Of a DNA stretch of 64,000 nt, positions 20,161 through 29,424 are shown one piece after another. The notes under the pieces were generated by a model. That model was not told the origin of the DNA. It worked only from the letters and a program-made list of their open reading frames with translations, and searched no databases. The position numbers and the translations under genes are program-made. How positions within the stretch are numbered: position 1 is the first letter of the stretch; the number at the start of each line of letters is the position of its first letter. Origin of the DNA: Pelagibacteraceae bacterium AG-410-N23 (GTDB lineage Bacteria > Pseudomonadota > Alphaproteobacteria > Pelagibacterales > Pelagibacteraceae); NCBI GenBank assembly GCA_003215055.1, contig QCKW01000004.1, forward strand, positions 990 through 64,989, read 5' to 3'.

Positions 20161-20859
20161 TTAATAAATCTTTTTAAATTCATCTAAATTTATGATTCTT
20201 AAATATTCGTTATGATTGTGATAAAAATCACTAAATTTTAAATCTTGAGTTTTTTTATTAATCTTAAGTATTGATGAATTATTCTCTTTTTTAATTATGC
20301 TAATTCCTTGATCAACAAAACAAGTATGAATTTCTAAATCGTCTCTTTGTCTTAAATCAACAATAGCTTTCCAAACATCTCCATTCCATTGCATTTTATA
20401 TCTTGGAACTGCTTGTTTACCAATCGTGTCTGGCAAACAATCATGAACTAAAATTACACCTTCTTTATTCAAAAAATTAATAGAATTAACGATATCCCTC
20501 TTTACTTGATCATACACATGTAATCCATCAATAAAAATTAAATCAAATTTTTCTGCATTTTCTTTAAAAAAATCATCGCTGGTTTTTCTAACATTCCCAC
20601 CGCTATATGGATCAACTCCAATTTTTTTATTTAAAGTAATTTGTGAAAAAATTTGATTTTTATCACAACCTATTTCTAAATAACTTTTATAATTATTTTT
20701 TTTTATAAAATAATTAATCATATCTAAGCGAGAATAATCTTTTGGAAATTCGAAATTTAATTTTTTATCAAAATTTTCAACAAATAATTGATGATATATT
20801 CGATTAAAAATTTTTTTAAATTTTGATAATTTTTCCATTTTAATGTCCTGGAAATTCAA
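20161..20859 (-). CDS. Class I SAM-dependent methyltransferase (Methyltransf_24-like)
   Basis: YLEIGC, FDLIFIDGLH, VHD motifs. Confidence 0.8.
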   Translation of the reverse strand: MNFQDIKMEKLSKFKKIFNRIYHQLFVENFDKKLNFEFPKDYSRLDMINYFIKKNNYKSYLEIGCDKNQIFSQITLNKKIGVDPYSGGNVRKTSDDFFKENAEKFDLIFIDGLHVYDQVKRDIVNSINFLNKEGVILVHDCLPDTIGKQAVPRYKMQWNGDVWKAIVDLRQRDDLEIHTCFVDQGISIIKKENNSSILKINKKTQDLKFSDFYHNHNEYLRIINLDEFKKIY

Positions 20860-21367
20860 TCAAGTTTTCTACTTTATAACCTTTGTTTATTAAATTATTA
20901 CAACCATTTAAATCAAAAAGATTTATTACGAATATAAAGGATGAAACTTTTCCTCCAGATAATTCAATCAATTTAGCTGCAGCTTCAGCAGTCCCTCCTG
21001 TAGCTATTAAATCATCGATTATTAAAACACTTTCATCTTTACTAATCGAGTCCTTGTGAACTTCTATTGTTGCTTTTCCGTATTCTAATTCAAAATCTAC
21101 TGAATGAACGCTAGCTGGCAATTTATTTTTTTTTCTTAGCATTATGAATGGTTTTTCAAGAATATATGAAACAGCAGAAGCAAATACAAAACCTCTTGAT
21201 TCTATAGCTGCTATTTTGTCAAATTTAAATTTTTTTGACTTATCAACTATTTGATTAATTGTTTCGTTAAATGCATCCTTATCTTTTATTAAGGTAGTGA
21301 TATCTCTAAATAAAATACCCTTTTTAGGATAGTCAGGGATAGATCTAATAAAGTCTTTTAAATTCAT
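20840..21367 (-). CDS. apt: Adenine phosphoribosyltransferase
   Basis: PDYPKKGILFRDIT, IESRGF, IDDLIATGGT. Confidence 0.95.
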   Translation of the reverse strand: MNLKDFIRSIPDYPKKGILFRDITTLIKDKDAFNETINQIVDKSKKFKFDKIAAIESRGFVFASAVSYILEKPFIMLRKKNKLPASVHSVDFELEYGKATIEVHKDSISKDESVLIIDDLIATGGTAEAAAKLIELSGGKVSSFIFVINLFDLNGCNNLINKGYKVENLIEFPGH

Positions 21368-21408
21368 ATTAGTAATTTATAAAAGTATAATTAAATTAAA
21401 TTTTAAAC

Positions 21409-22281
21409 ATGACAATAAATAAATTAGCAATAATTGGTGGAAGTGGCTTATATGATGTTGAAGAATTTAAAAATAGAGAATTATTGGACTTTAACACCCC
21501 ATGGGGAAAACCATCTGATAAAATTTTAAAAACTAACTATAATAATAAAGAGGTTTATTTTTTACCTAGACATGGAAAAGGTCATTTTATTTCGCCATCT
21601 AAAATTAACTTCAGAGCAAATATTGATGCTCTTAAACAATTAGGTGTAACAGATATTGTTTCAGTTTCTGCAGTTGGTTCTTTAAAAGAGGATTTACCAC
21701 CTGGAAAATTTGTAATTGTTGATCAATTTATAGATCGAACATTTGCAAGAGAAAAAACATTTTTTGATGATGAAATCGTAGCCCACGTATCAATGGCACA
21801 TCCAACTTCAAATGGTTTAATGAATGCTTGTGAGGAAGCAATTAAAAAAGAAAAAATAGATTATCAAAGAAACGGAACATACGTAGTGATGGAAGGACCA
21901 CAATTTTCAACTTTAGCTGAGTCAAATTTATATAGATCTTGGAAAGCAGATGTAATTGGAATGACTAATATGCCAGAGGCAAAATTAGCAAGAGAGGCAG
22001 AAATTAGATATGCATCTGTTTCAATGGTTACAGATTATGATTGTTGGCATCCGGATCATGAAAATGTTGATGTTCAACAAGTAGTAAAAGTTTTATTAGG
22101 TAATGCTGCTAAAGCAAAAAATATGATTAAGAATTTAATAAAAACTTTTGAAGATCATATTGATCCTAATGATCCAACTAATAATTGTTTGGATGTAGCC
22201 ATTATCACAGCACCTGAGAAAAGAACAAAAAAGACAATAGAAAAATTAAATACAGTAGCAGGTAGGGTATTAAAAAGATGA
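21409..22281 (+). CDS. mtnP: S-methyl-5'-thioadenosine phosphorylase
   Basis: IIGGSGLY, PRHG, EGPQFSTLAES, GMTNMPEAKLAREAE, TDYDCW. Confidence 0.95.
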   Translation: MTINKLAIIGGSGLYDVEEFKNRELLDFNTPWGKPSDKILKTNYNNKEVYFLPRHGKGHFISPSKINFRANIDALKQLGVTDIVSVSAVGSLKEDLPPGKFVIVDQFIDRTFAREKTFFDDEIVAHVSMAHPTSNGLMNACEEAIKKEKIDYQRNGTYVVMEGPQFSTLAESNLYRSWKADVIGMTNMPEAKLAREAEIRYASVSMVTDYDCWHPDHENVDVQQVVKVLLGNAAKAKNMIKNLIKTFEDHIDPNDPTNNCLDVAIITAPEKRTKKTIEKLNTVAGRVLKR

Positions 22282-23210
22282 AAAAATTATTATTAATTCT
22301 AATATTTTTAGCAGTTTCAAATACAGTTTATGCAAATGGAAAAATTTTAAAAAGTGGTTTCATTAGCAAATCAGCCTCAGTGAAAGAAGGTATGAATATT
22401 GATGACCCTAAAAATAAAATTGTAATTATTTACAATCATGGTCAAAATTCAAACGATAAAGCACACAAAAACGAATGCATTTGGGTAAATCAAATTAGAA
22501 ATCAAGCTTCATTAGTTGATAAGGAAATTAATGGTAAAAAAATTATGGTTTATAATTTTTGCTCAAATGATTTTGCGGGTGATATGTCATTAAAAAAACA
22601 TTGGTGGAATTCTAAAACTCCTTATGTTGGTAAACACAAATTAGATAAAAGAATTGAAAAAAATTTAGAATTAGTTGAAAAATTTATAAGTATAGGGGTT
22701 CCAAGAAAACAAATTATAATATCAGGTCATTCATGTGGAGGTCTATTAACTCTAATGTTGTTATCAGCTTACCCCGAAAAAGTAGGCGGGGGCATATCAT
22801 ATATGCAAGCTTGTTTTGGTAAGCTCTCTAAAACTTATAAAGTAAAAAAAGTAGGCTCTGAAAAGGCATTAGAAAAATTTGCTAAAAAATACCCAGGCCC
22901 TGCTCAATTACGAGCAAGACAAATTAATAATATTAAACAATCTGATAATGTTCCTGTTTTAGCTTTCACTCACCCCAAGGATAAATGGGAGGGACTCTTA
23001 TCTGATTGGTTAGAAGAAGTTCCGGGAGTTAAAAGAATTGTTATTTCTGAAGATTATAAAATTAAAGGAAAATCTTGTGTTGTAAAAGGAGATGATTGGC
23101 AAGAAAATGTTTCAGCTCGTAAAAATCCAGGTCATGAAATGAACCAAGGATTATGTTTTCAATACTATAATCCAGAAATTCTAAATTTTATTGCTTCAAG
23201 GTTAAAATGA
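22278..23210 (+). CDS. Secreted alpha/beta-hydrolase-like protein
   Basis: Signal peptide, YNHG oxyanion region, GHSCGG nucleophile elbow, candidate Asp (PKD) and His (PGH). Confidence 0.7.
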   Translation: MKKLLLILIFLAVSNTVYANGKILKSGFISKSASVKEGMNIDDPKNKIVIIYNHGQNSNDKAHKNECIWVNQIRNQASLVDKEINGKKIMVYNFCSNDFAGDMSLKKHWWNSKTPYVGKHKLDKRIEKNLELVEKFISIGVPRKQIIISGHSCGGLLTLMLLSAYPEKVGGGISYMQACFGKLSKTYKVKKVGSEKALEKFAKKYPGPAQLRARQINNIKQSDNVPVLAFTHPKDKWEGLLSDWLEEVPGVKRIVISEDYKIKGKSCVVKGDDWQENVSARKNPGHEMNQGLCFQYYNPEILNFIASRLK

Positions 23211-24277
23211 GAATTGAAGGAAAAGAATATCGTACTATTTGGTTTGAAAATAATGTTGTAAAGATTATTGATCAGACAAAACTTCCTCACCAATTCGTAA
23301 TAAAAGATCTTAAAACGGTTATGGATTCAATTAATGCTATAAAAGTAATGGAAGTAAGAGGTGCACCTTTAATAGGAGCAACCGCTGCCTATGGCTTGGT
23401 TTTAGCAATTATAGAAAATAATGATCAATCATTTTTAAAGAAATCTGCAGAAGATTTAATTGGTTCAAGACCAACAGCAATAAATTTAAAGTGGGCTGTT
23501 GATAGAATGATGAATAAATTATCAGGTGTTAATAGCGATAAAATCTTAGAAATAGCCTTGAATGAAGCAAAAGACATATGTGAAGAGGATGTAAAATTTT
23601 GTGAAAATATAGGATTGAATGGACTAAAAATTATTGAAGAAATTTATAATAAAAAAAAAGGTACAGTTAATATTTTAACTCATTGTAATGCAGGTTGGCT
23701 TGCAACAATAAATTGGGGGACTGCAACTTCCCCAATTTATCATGCACACAAGAAAGGTATACCAGTTCATGTTTGGGCCGATGAAACCAGACCTAGAAAT
23801 CAAGGGGCAAATTTAACTTCTTATGAATTAAATGAGGAAGGTATTAAAAATACAATTATAGCTGACAATACTGGTGGAATCCTAATGCAAAGAGGTGAAG
23901 TTGATATGTGCATTGTTGGAACAGACAGAACTCTAGCCAATGGGGATGTTTGTAATAAAGTTGGAACTTATCTTAAAGCATTGGCTGCCCATGATAATAA
24001 GATTCCTTTTTATGTTGCGCTACCAAGTTCAACAATTGATTGGAATATAAAAGATCATAAAGATATTCCAATTGAGGAAAGAAATTCAGATGAATTATCT
24101 CACGTTGAAGGTTTAGATGAAAAAGGAGATTTAAAGAAAATACAAATTTATCCAAAAAAAAGTAAAGCTATGAATTTAGCTTTTGATGTAACGCCTGCAA
24201 AATATGTAACAGGTTTGATTACTGAAAAAGGTATATGTGAAGCATCAGAAAAAGGACTTAAAGAGCTATTTAAATGA
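23207..24277 (+). CDS. mtnA: Methylthioribose-1-phosphate isomerase
   Basis: MEVRGAPLIG, RPTAINL, THCNAG, ETRPRNQG, NKVGTY, AFDVTP. Confidence 0.95.
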   Translation: MRIEGKEYRTIWFENNVVKIIDQTKLPHQFVIKDLKTVMDSINAIKVMEVRGAPLIGATAAYGLVLAIIENNDQSFLKKSAEDLIGSRPTAINLKWAVDRMMNKLSGVNSDKILEIALNEAKDICEEDVKFCENIGLNGLKIIEEIYNKKKGTVNILTHCNAGWLATINWGTATSPIYHAHKKGIPVHVWADETRPRNQGANLTSYELNEEGIKNTIIADNTGGILMQRGEVDMCIVGTDRTLANGDVCNKVGTYLKALAAHDNKIPFYVALPSSTIDWNIKDHKDIPIEERNSDELSHVEGLDEKGDLKKIQIYPKKSKAMNLAFDVTPAKYVTGLITEKGICEASEKGLKELFK

Positions 24278-24930
24278 AGAATTTAGATCAAAGAAATCAA
24301 ATTATTGAATATTCTTTAAAATTAAATTCAACAAATCTTTCCCCTCTTAGATCAGGGAATATATCTGTAAGAGTTAAAGAAGATGATAAAGATGGATATC
24401 TAATTACACCCTCAGGAAAAAAGTACGAAACTTTGAAACCAGAAGATATTGTTTTTATGGGTTTAAACGAAGAGACAGAAAAAAACGACTCAGATAACAA
24501 ACCTTCATCTGAGTGGAGATTTCATAGAGATATTTATGTTGATAAAAAGAATGCTCAAGCGATTGTTCATGCTCATTCTCCACACGCAACGGCTGTATCT
24601 TCACATGGAAAAGCAATTCCTCCTTTTCATTATATGGTTGCGCTGGCAGGTGGTGAGGACATTAAATGTGCTGAATACGCTACTTTTGGAACAGATGAAC
24701 TGTCTAAAAATGTACTTAAAGCTCTACAAGATAGATGTGCTTGCTTAATGTCAAATCACGGCCAGGTTGCCTTTGGTAAAAATTTAGAACAAGCTTTCGA
24801 ACTTGCACAAGAGGTAGAAAATATTTGTCATCAATACACTATTGCTCTAAAGTTAGGTCAACCTAAGATTCTTTCATTTGAAGAAATGAAAAAAGTTTTA
24901 GAAAAAGCCAAGAATTATAAAAAAGGGTAA
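24274..24930 (+). CDS. Class II aldolase (FucA/Ald2-like)
   Basis: SGNISVR, ITPSG, PSSEWRFH, HAHS, NHG. Confidence 0.9.
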   Translation: MKNLDQRNQIIEYSLKLNSTNLSPLRSGNISVRVKEDDKDGYLITPSGKKYETLKPEDIVFMGLNEETEKNDSDNKPSSEWRFHRDIYVDKKNAQAIVHAHSPHATAVSSHGKAIPPFHYMVALAGGEDIKCAEYATFGTDELSKNVLKALQDRCACLMSNHGQVAFGKNLEQAFELAQEVENICHQYTIALKLGQPKILSFEEMKKVLEKAKNYKKG

Positions 24931-24931
24931 T

Positions 24932-25972
24932 ATGATAAAAGTTGGGGAGCACATTACTTTAGATATAATTGGAACTGATAAAGAGTACGATCCATCAGTT
25001 TTTGAGAGAGTAATTAAAGAAATTGCTGAAGCTGCAAAAGTTACAATTTTAAATATTTCAAAATATAAATTTGAGCCACAAGGTTTTACTATACTCGCTT
25101 TATTAGCTGAAAGTCATATTAGCTTTCATACATTTCCTGAAAAAGGAATTATTAGTTTTGATTTTTTTACATGTGGAAAAATTAGTCCATCAATTGCAAT
25201 TGATATTGTTAAAAAAGAATTTAAGCACAAAAGAATTGTCAAAAAGGAATTCAATAGAGACACTAGATCTCTTTATCATGATATTTACAGTTCACCTGGT
25301 CTTCAAAAAGCTTATGTTGTAAATGATGTTTTGGAAGATTTTAAATCTAAAGTTGGTCAGCATATCGAAATTTTAGATCTTGAACAGTTTGGAAAATCTT
25401 TGTTTATTGATGGTGAGATTCAAGTTGCTGCTTCAGATGAGCATTTATACAGCTCAACTTTTGTTGGTTCAGGATTAAATTTAAATAAAAACAATGAAAG
25501 AGCCGCTATAATTGGTGGTGGTGATGGAGGTGTTGCTAGAGAATGTATTTCTAAAAAATTTAATTTTATAGATTGGTTTGAACTTGATCCAGAAGTTGTT
25601 GAAGTTTGTAATAAACATTTGGGAAATATTGGAAAAAAAGCTACAGAGAAAAATTCAGTAAAATGTGTTTGGGGAGATGCTTTCGAAAGCATCAAAGCAA
25701 TTAAGGATGATAGTTACGATCATATTTTTGTAGATTTAAATGACGATCAATTTTGCATCGATTTAGCAGCGAAGAATATGGACTCACTTGTTAGAATTTT
25801 AAAACCTAAAGGTGTAATTACAGCACAAGTTGGTAGCCAAGATAAAAAACCCCATCAAGTTGAAAATTGGTTGAACGTATTTCATCATCATTTTGGAAAT
25901 ACTAAATTATCTAGGGTTTATGTACCTAGTTTTGATTGTTCTTGGAATTTCTCATCATCGATAAATCACTAA
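24932..25972 (+). CDS. Fused S-adenosylmethionine decarboxylase / aminopropyltransferase (SpeD-SpeE)
   Basis: N-terminal LAESHISFHTFPE pyruvoyl site and FTCG; C-terminal IIGGGDGG, ELDPEVVE. Confidence 0.9.
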   Translation: MIKVGEHITLDIIGTDKEYDPSVFERVIKEIAEAAKVTILNISKYKFEPQGFTILALLAESHISFHTFPEKGIISFDFFTCGKISPSIAIDIVKKEFKHKRIVKKEFNRDTRSLYHDIYSSPGLQKAYVVNDVLEDFKSKVGQHIEILDLEQFGKSLFIDGEIQVAASDEHLYSSTFVGSGLNLNKNNERAAIIGGGDGGVARECISKKFNFIDWFELDPEVVEVCNKHLGNIGKKATEKNSVKCVWGDAFESIKAIKDDSYDHIFVDLNDDQFCIDLAAKNMDSLVRILKPKGVITAQVGSQDKKPHQVENWLNVFHHHFGNTKLSRVYVPSFDCSWNFSSSINH

Positions 25973-26030
25973 TTTTTTCTTTTTTAAATCTCTAATTTAT
26001 GAAATACTATTTTTTTTATTAAAGGAGAGA

Positions 26031-26861
26031 ATGATGAATATATTCAAAAAAACTATTTTTTCAGTTTTACTTTCTTTACTAGTTATGGGAAATGTTTATG
26101 CTGACAAAATTAGAATCGGAACAGAAGGCGCTTATCCTCCATGGAACTCAAAAGATGAGTCTGGTAAATTAATTGGTTTTGAAGTGGAGTTAGCTTGGAC
26201 ACTTTGTAGATATATTGGACAACAGTGTACTATAGTTGAACAAGACTGGGATGGAATGATTCCAGCATTAATCATGAGAAAGTTTGATGCAATAATGGCA
26301 GGAATGTCTATTACTGCAGAAAGACAAAAGGCAATAAGCTTTTCTCAAGGTTATGCAGATGAAGTTGCATCTTTAGCAGTAATGAAAGGCTCAAGTCTTG
26401 AAGGCTTAGATACTCCAGCTGGAATTAATCTGACTAAACCGAATGCAGCTGCAAAAAAAGCTTTAAAAACTCTTACAGCAGCATTAGCAGGTAAAACTGT
26501 TTGTGTACAAACCGCTACAATTCACCAAAACTTTTTAGATTCAGGTGATGTTGGAAAAGTAAATGTTAGAACTTATAAAACACAAGACGAAGTTAACCTA
26601 GATTTAGCATCAGGAAGATGTGATGCTGCATTAGCTGCTGCAGTAGCATTTAGTGATTATGCAGAAAAATCAGGTAAGCCTGTTGTATTAACTGGACCAA
26701 CTTTTTCAGGTGGTGCATTTGGAAATGGAGTTGGAGTTGGTATTAGAAAAGATGATACTGAACTTTTGAAAAAGTTTAATGCTGCAATAAATAAAGCGAG
26801 AAAGAACGGAGATATTAGTAGAATAGCTACTAAGTGGTTCGGTTTCGACGCTTCTATGTAA
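26031..26861 (+). CDS. Polar (basic) amino-acid ABC transporter substrate-binding protein
   Basis: Signal peptide, GTEGAYPPWN, QDWDGMIPAL, MSITAER. Confidence 0.9.
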   Translation: MMNIFKKTIFSVLLSLLVMGNVYADKIRIGTEGAYPPWNSKDESGKLIGFEVELAWTLCRYIGQQCTIVEQDWDGMIPALIMRKFDAIMAGMSITAERQKAISFSQGYADEVASLAVMKGSSLEGLDTPAGINLTKPNAAAKKALKTLTAALAGKTVCVQTATIHQNFLDSGDVGKVNVRTYKTQDEVNLDLASGRCDAALAAAVAFSDYAEKSGKPVVLTGPTFSGGAFGNGVGVGIRKDDTELLKKFNAAINKARKNGDISRIATKWFGFDASM

Positions 26862-26870
26862 TTCAATTTT

Positions 26871-26904
26871 AGATTTGGCGACTATCATGTATAGTCGCCG
26901 ATCT
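26871..26904 (+). promoter_or_regulatory. Intercistronic stem-loop directly before permease start
   Basis: AGATTTGGCGACTAT-CATGT-ATAGTCGCCGATCT; ends 2 nt before ATG 26907. Confidence 0.7.
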
Positions 26905-26906
26905 GT

Positions 26907-27599
26907 ATGGAACTTCTAGCATTTGGAGATACTGGTTGGGGTGATGAGTTATTTCGCGCTACTTTAATGACGATAGCTGTATCAATTACAGCAATGATAA
27001 TTGGTTTTAGTTTTGCTGCAATTTTTACTCCATTAAAATTATCAAAATTAAAATCTTTAAATTTAATCGCAAATACATACACAACAATAATTAGAGGAGT
27101 TCCTGAACTTCTTGTTATTTATCTTTTCTTCTTCGGAGGTAGTGGAGCGATTATGTTTGTAGCTTCAATGTTTGGTTATAATGAGTACATAGAAATAAAT
27201 GCTTTTATAACTGGTTCATTTGCTATTGGAATTATTTCGGGTGCTTACTCTACTGAGGTCTTTAGAGGTGCAATTCAATCTATCGACAAAGGTCAATTTG
27301 AAGCTGCTAAAGTTTTAGGTTTTAGCAAATTTAAACAGTTTTATAAAATCATTCTGCCACAAATGTTAAGACTTGCGATACCAAATTTAAGTAATGTTTG
27401 GCAAATTACACTCAAAGACACATCTTTGATTTCTGTAACAGGATTGGTTGAAATAATGAGACAATCTTATATTGCCGCTGGGTCTACAAGAGATCCATTG
27501 TTTTTTTACTCATTTGCAGCAGTTTTATATCTATTGCTTACTTTCTTAAGTATGAAGTTAATTAACAAATTAGAAGTTAAATATAGTAGGGGGTATTGA
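26907..27599 (+). CDS. Polar amino-acid ABC permease (HisQ/OccQ-like)
   Basis: RGVPELL, EVFRGAI, GQFEAAKVLG, KDTSL. Confidence 0.9.
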   Translation: MELLAFGDTGWGDELFRATLMTIAVSITAMIIGFSFAAIFTPLKLSKLKSLNLIANTYTTIIRGVPELLVIYLFFFGGSGAIMFVASMFGYNEYIEINAFITGSFAIGIISGAYSTEVFRGAIQSIDKGQFEAAKVLGFSKFKQFYKIILPQMLRLAIPNLSNVWQITLKDTSLISVTGLVEIMRQSYIAAGSTRDPLFFYSFAAVLYLLLTFLSMKLINKLEVKYSRGY

Positions 27600-28273
27600 T
27601 GGATTTTGAATTAATGATCAATAGTTTTCCAAAACTGCTCAATGCTGCTGTTATAACTTTAAAACTTTTGTCAGTTTCTTTAATTGTAGGATTATTCATT
27701 GGTTTTTTGTTTGCAATTTTAAGATTAAATAAAAATATTTTTATAAATAGATTTGCTTATGGATATTCATACGTATTTAGAGGTACTCCACTTCTAGTAC
27801 AGATATTCATTATTTATTTTGGTTTAGGTCAAATTGAATATTTGAGATCAACATTTTTATGGGTAATTTTAAAAGAACCTTATTGGTGTGCAATTATTGC
27901 TTTTGCATTAAACACCGGTGCTTACACTTCTGAAATTTTAAGGTCAGCATTTCAAACAATTAAACCTGGTATAATTGAAGCTGGTCAAAGTCTAGGTATA
28001 TCTAGTAAGATTATTTTTTATAAAATTCAAATTCCAATAGCTATAAGACAATCACTTCCAGCATACGGTAATGAAATAATTCTGATGATGAAAGGTACTT
28101 CTTTAGCTAGCACAGTTACACTGATGGATTTAACTGGTGTTGCAAAATATATAATTTCTACAACTTTTAAACCAATAGAAGTATTTATTGTAGCAGGTGG
28201 TATTTATTTATTTATGACTTTTATAATTCATAATGTGATTAAATTTTTAGAAAAAAAATACAGCTTTAATTAA
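27596..28273 (+). CDS. Polar amino-acid ABC permease (HisM/OccM-like)
   Basis: FRGTPLLVQ, AYTSEILR, NEIILMMKGTSLAS. Confidence 0.9.
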   Translation: MMDFELMINSFPKLLNAAVITLKLLSVSLIVGLFIGFLFAILRLNKNIFINRFAYGYSYVFRGTPLLVQIFIIYFGLGQIEYLRSTFLWVILKEPYWCAIIAFALNTGAYTSEILRSAFQTIKPGIIEAGQSLGISSKIIFYKIQIPIAIRQSLPAYGNEIILMMKGTSLASTVTLMDLTGVAKYIISTTFKPIEVFIVAGGIYLFMTFIIHNVIKFLEKKYSFN

Positions 28274-29421
28274 AGAATAACTAAATCTAATTTTTGTTTA
28301 CCAAGTCTTTCGTTACTTTTTTCAGTAACTAGATAAGTTTCACCTAAGTTCATTGCTAACCCACTATCTGAGTCCATTAAAATCATATGCATAAAAAAAA
28401 CATTTCCTGGTTCAATAATGTATGGATTTCCTGTGTATAACATTGGCCAATCCATCCAATTTGGAGAAAAAGTTGTGCCTAAAGAATAACCACATGCATT
28501 CATTCTTGCTTTATTAAAACCAAGATCATCAAAGGTTTTTGCATGAGCATCAAAAACTTCTCCAATTTTATTTCCTGGTTTTAATTTATGTTCACAATTT
28601 TTTAATGCCTCAATACAAGCTTCATGCATTTTATAATGTTTAGGATTTGCTTTACCAATGGGAATGGTTCTAAACATTGCTGAATGATAATGTCTATAAG
28701 TTCCCGCCCATTCCACAGTTAATTGATCTTGATTGCTCAAAATTTGTTTTTCAGATTGATATCGACATAGAAGAGCATTTTTTCCTGAGCCAATAATAAA
28801 TTCGTTTGCAGGATAATCACCACCTCCTTCAAAAATAACTTTATTCATTTCAGCTAATATTTTAGACTCACTCACACCAGCTTTTGCATGTTTCCAAACC
28901 TCATCCAAGGCTTTATCTGCAAGCTCTGCAGCTTTTTTTACATAAACAATTTCTTCCTCAGATTTAACTACTCTTAATTTTGTTATTAAGTCAGATTTAT
29001 CTTCAACAGCACAATAATTTTTTATAGATTTATTAAGTCGAATTGCATTACGGCCCGTTAAACCGTAAGCTTCATATTCAACTCCTAATTTTTTTCCTTT
29101 AAGATTTAATTCATCTAGAATAATTTTAAGATCATCAGTTGGGTTTGATCCATCTTTATCGACCCAAATTCTAATATCTTCTATATTAGATGTGTTTTGT
29201 GCTTGTCTTAAATCGGGAGCTCTGGTTAGTAAAATTGTATTTCCATTTTTATCTAAAATTAATGTTTGAAAAAAAACATATCCAAACGTGTCATAACCCG
29301 TCAACCAATACATAGATTCTTGCCTAAACATTAAAAGAGCATCTATATTTTGCTCTTTCATTGAATTCAAAACTTTGGATTTTCTTGATTTAAATTCTTC
29401 TTGTGAAAAATGTAGACCCAT
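28270..29421 (-). CDS. M24/creatinase-fold hydrolase (ectoine hydrolase DoeA-like)
   Basis: Creatinase N-domain (WLTGYD), VKSEEE, YHSAMFRT, GYSLG. Confidence 0.8.
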   Translation of the reverse strand: MGLHFSQEEFKSRKSKVLNSMKEQNIDALLMFRQESMYWLTGYDTFGYVFFQTLILDKNGNTILLTRAPDLRQAQNTSNIEDIRIWVDKDGSNPTDDLKIILDELNLKGKKLGVEYEAYGLTGRNAIRLNKSIKNYCAVEDKSDLITKLRVVKSEEEIVYVKKAAELADKALDEVWKHAKAGVSESKILAEMNKVIFEGGGDYPANEFIIGSGKNALLCRYQSEKQILSNQDQLTVEWAGTYRHYHSAMFRTIPIGKANPKHYKMHEACIEALKNCEHKLKPGNKIGEVFDAHAKTFDDLGFNKARMNACGYSLGTTFSPNWMDWPMLYTGNPYIIEPGNVFFMHMILMDSDSGLAMNLGETYLVTEKSNERLGKQKLDLVIL

Positions 29422-29424
29422 AAT

